A DNA stretch of 50,566 nucleotides from positions 1 to 50,566 of the forward strand of contig CANQJK010000003.1 in assembly GCA_947624235.1 (NCBI GenBank). Reading direction: 5' to 3'. The translations under genes were made by a program, and so were the position numbers. Shown here in pieces: positions 30,738 to 38,900 of the stretch. The notes beneath the pieces were generated by a model. That model did not search any database. It saw only the letters and a list, made by a program, of their open reading frames with translations, and had not been told where the DNA came from. This DNA is from an uncultured Clostridia bacterium (GTDB taxonomy: Bacteria > Bacillota > Clostridia > Christensenellales > CAG-314). The stretch's first letter is position 1, and every line of letters begins with the position of its first letter.

Positions 30738-32024
30738 TCAGTCGCGCAGGCAACCTATTGCTATCACATACACGCCGTCGGCTCTTCGGTAGGAAATTTG
30801 TCCGCCCGTCAACACTATCAGCGCCGACGGCAACGCAAGCGGGCATTGAACGTCGCCCTCATTGTGTTGTTGTAGCAGTTGTTGCAACTTCAACAAATGC
30901 TGTGCGCCCTGTTCTATCTCGGTAGTGCCCAGTTTGCACTCTATCAAGGCATATCTGCCGTCTTTTAGGTGCAACACAAAGTCCGCCTCCAACCCATAGC
31001 GGTCGTGATAGTAGGAAAGCGCCCCGCCCATTTTTTGCGAGTACACCTTCAAATCGCGTGCGCAAAGGTTTTCGAACATAAACCCAAAGGTTTTGAGATC
31101 CTGCCAAAAATATTGCGGTTCTACACCCAAACTTGCCACCGCTATGGACGGATCGACAAACAAGCGCTTTTTTCCGCTACGAATAGCCGAAGCCGACCTT
31201 ATTGCAGGGCACCAGGCAGGGATATCTTCCACCACAAAAAGCCTTTCCAACGCATTGATGTAGCTATCCATTGCGCCGACGGAAAGCGTGGCGCCGTTGG
31301 CATTGATATCGGCAAGAATGTTACTGTTTTTTGCAAGCGTGGCGACATTGCGCGCATAGGAGCGCAACAGCACGCGCGTTTTGGAGACATCTCGCTTTGT
31401 GCCGTCCACCGAAGAAATTTCCGTTTGGCAAATGCCGTCCACGTAGTCTTGCGCAACAAGCAGTTTGGCGCGGTCGCTTGTTATATCCAACGATGACGGC
31501 CAACCACCCCTGCAAGTTGCAAATATCAACTGCTCCACAGACAAGTCCGAATGAGCCTCGATCGCGGGCGCGCCTGCAAAAATATCCGTTAGCGAAACGG
31601 TTCCGTTGGATTCGTCCGATTCAAACAAGCTCATGGGGTACATTTTCATGCGCGAAATACGCCCAATGCCCGTGTGACTTATTTTTGTTTCGTCCACGGC
31701 GTTGGAGCCTGTCAAAACAAAAAGACCTTTGCTTTGCGAGCTGTCCACTTCGTGCCGTACGGCGTCCCACAATTGAGGCACAACTTGCCATTCGTCCAAC
31801 AGGCGCGGTTTTTCGCCTGCAAGCAAAAGGGAGGGCTTTGTTTCGCCTGAAAGTTGGTAGCTTGCCAACATGTCGGAGTTTTGCAAGCTGATACTGCTTT
31901 TTGCAACCTGTTGCGCTGTGGTAGTTTTGCCACACCATTTTGGTCCCACTATCAATGTTGCGCCAAATGCCTCCAAGCGCAAACGCAATTCGTCGTCCGC
32001 CAATCGCGGTAGATATTTTTTCAA
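30738..32024 (-). CDS. AAA+ ATPase with C-terminal DUF4143
   Basis: GPKWCGKTT, LLDEWQ, LTGS, FVDPSIA and EADFVL...IECKL. AAGGAG RBS with TTG start. Confidence 0.9.
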   Translation of the reverse strand: MKKYLPRLADDELRLRLEAFGATLIVGPKWCGKTTTAQQVAKSSISLQNSDMLASYQLSGETKPSLLLAGEKPRLLDEWQVVPQLWDAVRHEVDSSQSKGLFVLTGSNAVDETKISHTGIGRISRMKMYPMSLFESDESNGTVSLTDIFAGAPAIEAHSDLSVEQLIFATCRGGWPSSLDITSDRAKLLVAQDYVDGICQTEISSVDGTKRDVSKTRVLLRSYARNVATLAKNSNILADINANGATLSVGAMDSYINALERLFVVEDIPAWCPAIRSASAIRSGKKRLFVDPSIAVASLGVEPQYFWQDLKTFGFMFENLCARDLKVYSQKMGGALSYYHDRYGLEADFVLHLKDGRYALIECKLGTTEIEQGAQHLLKLQQLLQQHNEGDVQCPLALPSALIVLTGGQISYRRADGVYVIAIGCLRD

Positions 32025-32047
32025 TTTGGTATCTCCTTGTTGATTTA

Positions 32048-32076
32048 ACTATAAACCATTTCAAAGCATTTGTCAA
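32048..32076 (-). promoter_or_regulatory. sigma-A promoter of the DUF4143 ATPase
   Basis: TTGACA-17 bp-TATAGT. Confidence 0.65.
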
Positions 32077-32080
32077 GGGC

Positions 32081-32172
32081 AAATGTGTATTTTTGTCGTA
32101 ATTTGATGTGTATTTTTGTGGCAAATTGATGTGTGTTTTTGCGGTAATTTGTAGATAAGTTTTGCTGACAAT
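32081..32172. repeat. Four degenerate 23-bp tandem repeats
   Basis: ATGTGT at 32083, 32106 and 32129. TTTTG at 32091, 32114, 32137 and 32160. Confidence 0.75.
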
Positions 32173-32833
32173 AGGTCACTCTTATTCGGAGAAACCTACT
32201 CAAAAGGACGATAAGTGCCACATCGGTACTTGCGGGATTTGTGGTACGGACTTTGAAGAAGAACATTACGGCATGGAGAGTGACAACACTTGCGACGCTT
32301 GCAACTACGAAAACAATGTTGTAAAAGAGTTGAAGACATGGACACTGGACTTTAGTTCGACAGACACTGATTTGATTACACAAATTGGCACTTCCAGTGT
32401 TAATTCCCAAAAAACATTCATTTATGAAGGCTTGACACTTGCTTTCTTAAGTTGTAAAAAGGGAACCGTTAGCAAAAACGGGAATACTACGGAATATAAG
32501 TATCTTTATATGGACAAAACTAATGCAAGTTTTATTGCAAATTCTGAAGCAATAAATGGAATTATTACGAAAATAGAAGTAGTTGTTCCTGCTCAGGCTA
32601 GTTACAAGGCGCGCTACTATATCGAATTGTTATCAGTGGCGAAACTACAATCAGTTACAACAGGACAAGAATGTAAAAGTACAGAAGATCCTAAAAGCAC
32701 ACAACATGCTACTTTGGAAACAACATTTACTATTACAGCAGATGAATCTGCCAACGCCAGATTCTTCAACATATCTAATACGACGGTGGCAAACGGGCAA
32801 ATTAAATCTATCACTATCTACTACTACGAATAA
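32162..32833 (+). other. Silent alternative C-terminal cassette for the giant lipoprotein
   Basis: Open frame with no RBS. Begins I-G-HSYSE, matching I-S-HSYSE in the giant protein, continues with CxxC/His repeats and a domain ending IKSITIYYYE, like internal VTSITIYYE. Confidence 0.8.
32169..32191 (+). repeat. Left inverted repeat (putative recombination site)
   Basis: CAATAGGTCACTCTTATTCGGAG, 22/23 identical to the reverse complement of 34028-34050. Confidence 0.85.
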
Positions 32834-32850
32834 CTCATTATATCTCATCA

Positions 32851-32891
32851 CAATGAAAGAGGGGCGGAGATTTCTCCGCCCCATTTCATTG
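32851..32891. terminator. Hairpin between the two convergent C-termini (probable bidirectional terminator)
   Basis: CAATGAAA-g-a-GGGGCGGAGA-tt-TCTCCGCCCC-a-TTTCATTG. Confidence 0.7.
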
Positions 32892-32917
32892 TAGTGGTTG
32901 TAGAATAACAGGCTCGT

Positions 32918-35900
32918 TTATTTAAGAATGTACAGCTGAATGGCTGTTTGCGTGCCACTATAAAATCTAAAGTACGTGGTATCATTGTTATGTTGTAAAA
33001 TACAACCACCTTGACCTTTTATTTTTACATTTCCGTCTGAGAATGTAATAGTAACCGTTCCTTTCGTACCCCAATCGATACCAGTTTTACTTTGGCTACG
33101 ACTGATATAATATCCCGTTTGTGATTGGATCTCGTATCCGCCGGTAACGGCAGTTATGATGAAATACGAATTTTCCACTTTGCTGTCATTAGTTATTTGG
33201 TTGTTGGTGATAGTTATACCACTCACTGCTTGGTCTTGAATTGTCGCATTACCATCAAATATATCTTTTTTGCTTTCACAAACAATTAGATATTTTCCTC
33301 CACTGACAATTTGAGACGTACTTGTAATTTTTTCGTAGTATTCTCCTGTCGGTTCCTCTCCGCCACCGGTGCTACTATGCCCCGGGCATTTATCTTTACA
33401 AACGGGATTCTGACACATCAAATCAGTACATTTGCCACAGTCCGGTTCGGAGCAGACATGTTGACAAACATGTTCAGGCTCCGGTATAGCGATACCTGTC
33501 GGCAATCTGTAAATTACCGGAACAGCATAAGTACCATTGTTGGAATTGGTATTACTTAAATTTGACTTGGAATACGGTCCGAATTTTAACGATATTGTCG
33601 TTTGATTACTTTTTTCTTGGAACAGCAATCCACGACTATTATCTTTAACATTGCAGAAATACTTGTTGCTATTGCTTATCGTCCATTTTGCGTTGTTCTC
33701 CGTTGCATCCGATAGTTTTTGGAAGTTTGTTCCACTATTATATGAGAGATAATCTTCATCGCTAAATTGCAACGTGTATTGTTCTCCCGTATTGCCAAGC
33801 GTCAAAATTGTGAAGGAATCCAACAGAGTGGTTAATTCTTCTGTTCCGCTTGCAATAGAAGTTTCAACACTTTGGAACTTCGAATCCGCAAAATTAGTCA
33901 TTACATGCAATTGTCCACCAGCGGGCGCATAGGCGAATATAAGTCTGTCGCCATCTTGCAAGTCTTCAACGCTTTTCACAAGCGACCAAGTTGCGGGTTG
34001 TGGTGCATTGCAATGAGTGCATTTCCCCTCCGAATAAGAGTGACTTATTGGCTCTTCGCCAAAGAACACACGCTCGCTCAGCATGTCACATGTTACGCCA
34101 TCCAGTTTGAGAGTGTACTTGGCTTGTTCTTTTTCGAACATCACAATCAAGTATTCTGTTGCGTTTTCTTCCGTTGTAGAAATTGTCACTGTTCCCGTAA
34201 TTGTACTACCGGAATCTGTAAATTCGACGGCTGAACTTACGACAGATAATTTTATGTTGCCTGTTACGGTTGCGCCGTTTAACTCAATTGTACCACCACT
34301 AATTGTGATGCCTTGTTGAGCGTTGATCGTGCCTTCTAATTTGACAGTTCCATTTGCCTCAATTGACAATGCCGTTGTCAATGTCAATATGTGATCATTG
34401 GCGTTGATTAGAATTTCTTGAGTTGCACTTGCTTTCAATTCAGCGCCTTCGCCATTGTAGTCCTTGTTGAGGGTGATCGTGCCACCATTTACTGCTACTG
34501 CTTCAAAAGCGGTTGCAAGGCTATCTGTGGAAGTGCTACCTGCGGTGAATACCTTCAAACCATATCCGCAGTCTGTGCAAGGAACTCCGTTGTGTTCTGT
34601 CCAATCTACTTCAACATGGTCACATCCTGCTCTATCGCAATATTGACGGTGTCGGTCGGGGTGTTCTTCGGTGTTATACTCCCATACAAGGTTGTGACCG
34701 AGAGGCTCGCCTTTATTTTGCGTGGTGTCGACTATCCTATCTTTTTGCAACGAGGTGGCGGGAGTTTCTCTGTCAGGTTCAATCGCTTCGTCTCCATTCA
34801 TATGGCCCTTACATGTGTTGCACTGCCATTGTCCGACATATGCGGGATCGTCGCAGGTGGCAGGAGTTGCAGGCAACCACTCCCAGCTGTGTCCTTTTTT
34901 GGGCGTTGTTGACTGTTCAGCATTTTGGCCACAACGTATGCAGGTGCCTTCTATTTTACCATCTTCGGTGCAGGTGGCGGGTGTTTCAACACCCTTAACA
35001 ACTGTATGGTTGCAGACTTCATAGTAGATTGTAATTGAAGTTACCACCGCGTAAGATGAACCACATTTCAACGTGAAGAAAGTATAATTTTCATCGTTTT
35101 TGGCGGTCCATTCCGTAATTGTTCCTTTGTTTACAGAACCCGTTCCGGAAATTTGTTTGCTTGTATTACTAAGATACAAATTCATGCTATTTGTTTTATA
35201 AGCAATAACAATTTTTGTAATGCGCCCGGGGAATGGCTTTGTATTGTAAATGTAACCAACGGACCCTTTTGCTTGCATTCCTCCACTATTTTCGTAAACT
35301 TTGTCTGTATCAAACTCAACACCATTTATCGTGACGGGATCTCCGTCGCCACCATCATACCCACCACCAGTAACTCCGATGTTTGAAACATTCAATGTGA
35401 TGTTTTGAGTAGTGACTCTCACCTCTCCGCAATCGCATTTTTCCTTTGTATATGCACCGCTTTCGTCTTGGAAGTTGTGCACTTGCTCGGTTTTGTAACC
35501 GCAAACACATTCTGCATCGTGATGAACTCTGTCGTTGTCCGCTTTCTTTTTGGCAACAAGGGTGTGGTTCTCGGTTTTTTCCGCTTCGCAACCCTCTTGT
35601 GTGCAAGTGAGTTTGTGTTGTCCTTCGCCATTATCGGTACCGGGTACAACACTCCAATTGTGGTTGTCTATTTTTTCGTATTTGCAATCGTTGCAAGTGC
35701 GGTGATGTCGACTTTCGTCCAGTTCGCTCCAATTGCTCCAATCGTGTCCTACTTCTGTCTTTGTGTAATCACAACCTTCCACCGAGCATGCTACATCGTG
35801 AGTAGTAGCCGTTTTGTTGGAATATTTAAGCGTGTGACCTACCGTTTCGGTTTGACGTCCGCAGATAGCGCACAGTTCATGGTGTCCTGCGTCGCCCTCG

Positions 35901-38900
35901 TTGACTATGCTGTCGTTGTGTTGAATATGTTCGCCGTTGACGTTGACAAGTGCCGTTTCGCACGTTACGCCGTCGCCTTCCAGTTTGAGCGTGTAGCCCG
36001 TAACGGAAGCGTCAAGCGCAAGCGTAGCGGACGTTGTCGTCACTTTGACTTTGGCATTGAGCGTGCCGTTTGTGACGGTAAGCGTTCCACCGCTAACGAT
36101 CACGTTGCCACCATTGACCGCAAGTGTTTTTTTGCCAAGGTCGAGCGTAACAGTGCCTTTGTTGGGCAAAGCGAGCGTTGTCTCCGTACTGTCGCTGAGC
36201 AATTTGACGGTTGCCGTTGTGCCTTCGGCGATCTTTGCAAACGCTTCTGTCAACGACACATAAAATGTCTCTTTGCCGTCGATCGTCACGCTGACATTTT
36301 GTCTGCTTGCACCGCATTTGCACTTTGTTCCGTCTTCTTGGTCGAAGGTGTGTTCCGTGCGGTCGTATTCTTGTCCACAACTTGTGCAATAATTCCAGTG
36401 ATCAGCGGAGTCGAACGTTTCTTTGGTTGTGCAAGCCTCTTCCTTGGTGGCTTTTTCGGTGCCCTCGGCACAGGTTTTGCAGGTGTAGACGTGAACTCTT
36501 TCGTCGCCGTCTTTGTGAACGGGTTTGCCTGTTAAGTCGTGCTTCAATTGCGTAGAGGCTTCTTCGATTTCGATTGTTGTCGTTTGCTCTCCCGTCACGT
36601 TGAGTGTGTCAAGTTCGGGTTGAGGAAGCTCGTTTTTGATTTTTTCAACATCGATTGTTGCCGTGTAGGTCGTGTAAGCATTGCGTTGGCAAGTTGCGTC
36701 CACTCTACTTCCGGCAACACCTTCAACTTCGATCGTGCAAACATGCTCTTCGTCGGTTTCGCAAACAAGGTGCAATATTGCGGTTGTTTCGTTCCAAGTC
36801 CAGCATTCATCGGCAAGCTTCCAAACGTGTCCATTGGCAGGTTTAATGACGGTACTGTCGTCAAGACGGTTGCCTTCCTCGTCGAACTTGCCGTCGCATT
36901 GATCGCACTTGTTGTACCCTATGTTACCGGGTTTGTCGCAAGTGGGTTGCGCTTCGGGCACCCAGGTAAACTTGTGGTTGTGGTCGGTTTTGTATACCAC
37001 CGAAATGGAAACTATCTCAACCTGACCATTAGTGCCAGTTTTACTGTTACCGCCTGCCGCGGAGAACGTTATCGATTTTTCTTCGTCAACAGGATAGGGG
37101 GTTTGGGACTCCACCTCCTCAGCACCATGTGCAAGATAACCCGCATTATTAGTTTTGTAAATAATAGTTACCGAAACCAAAACAAAACCGTCTTTTGCAG
37201 TGATCGTAAACTCGCCGTTGTCAGAGTGATAAATTTTCCAGATTTGCGGTTTTGATTCACTAGATTCTTGTTTTTTATAGGTTCCGGTATACGTTCCCTG
37301 TGAAGCTGAAACGGAAATTGCAGAATTAAGATCGAATTCTGTGTAAAGCGGACTAGGCTTGGTTCCCGTTGTTTCCGTCCATTTGTCTCTTTCCGCAATT
37401 TCTTGTATTGTTTTTGTAACCGTTTCATCACTTGGTACACCGTAGTCTCCCACCGTGATAGTTATGGTTGTTGCCTCCACAACATTGAAGCTGTACACGC
37501 CGTTTTTGTCTGCAACAAGATTTTCACCGTTTATCGTGACAGAAACAAGCTTGCCACCAGTGACGGTCACCTTAAACTTTACTTCCGTGCCAACAGGTTG
37601 CTCTTGCGTTCTCTCAAACGCACCGCCTTCTTCATCGGTGATCGTAACAGTTGAGCCTGCCACCTCACTACTATTGTCGTTGACGGTGATAGCGTAGTTG
37701 GGCAAGGAGTAGCTTTCCAACTTGCAAACGTTTTTGCCGTTTGTTTCGAAAAACTCAAAGCCATAATCCGAAAAATATTTCAGTTTGTCGCCGTTGCCAC
37801 TGATCGTGACTTGGGCACCGTTTCTGATGTCGTTGTATGTTACTTTGCCGTTGAGGTCGATACCGTAACCTTCAAAGCTGTATGCTTCGTCGCCATCGAT
37901 ATAGATCCAAAGGTTATACCAAGCACCACTATCGTTGGTACCGGTTTGTTTTTTGTAGACAAAACCTGTGAACACAAATGTATCCGTTGCCTTGGGTTTG
38001 AAACTGCCCTTTTGGACTGCATCGAGAATATCCTTTTGAGCAAATTCTTGCGAGCACTCGGTGCAGACATTGTTTTCGATCGTGCAATCTTCCGTTACGG
38101 TTTGGTTGCAATCGGGGCATGTGTAGGTGTGTTGCCAATCGTCTGCGTAAGAGATATCTTCACCACGGGTGTGCGCAACGGGAGATTTGTTGTTTCCGCA
38201 TACGGTACATTGCTCGTGATGTTGCGTGTCGTCATCCGAAACAAATTTGTAGCTGTGCTCCACTCCCTTGGTTTCGCCCACGGTGATGTTGGCTTGGTCG
38301 CAGGTGGTGCCTTTGATCTTGAACGTGTAGTCGCCCTGTGGCAAAACAAGCGCACCGCCCTTGTTGTAGACAATTGTGCCTACTGCAAAGGTCGTTCCGC
38401 CCGTAACCGTCAACGAACCGTCTACTTGCAAGGTGCCCTTTTCAAAGTGCACAGCGTGATTTGCAAGGTTTATGGTCACGTTGTAGCCGGCAGGGACGAT
38501 TATCGTGTCTTCTGCCGTACTGCTACGGTCGTGCGTAAGGGTGATAGTATAAGTTTTGGATATGTCTCCGTGCTTGGATATCAGATCGAACGCCTCGGCA
38601 ATGGTCGGCGCAAAGTAGGTGTTGTTCTTGTCGTCTACAATGCTCACTTCAAAGAACTTGTGTCCGCAAGTTGTGCAGAAGCCGTCGTTTGCATCTTTGT
38701 CGAAGCTGTGCTTCTCGTAGCCAAACTGCTCTTCGCAGAATTGGCAAACTTGCCAGTGATGATCTGCGTCGGCGTAGAAGCCTTTTTTCAAGCCGTGAGT
38801 GGCGTCGTGTTTGTCGTCGCCACCGTCGGGCGTACATTCTTCTTCTTTTACCGCCTTGAACTTGCAATCTTTACAAGTCTTGGTGTGATAGCCGTCTTTG

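Noticed and set aside
30738-32024. DUF4143 ATPase as the invertase
   Set aside because: It lacks tyrosine-recombinase (R-HxxR-Y) and serine-recombinase motifs.
32162-32833. Independent 223-aa gene
   Set aside because: No RBS, the TTG lies within a tandem repeat, there is no signal peptide, and similarity to the giant protein starts exactly at the IR.
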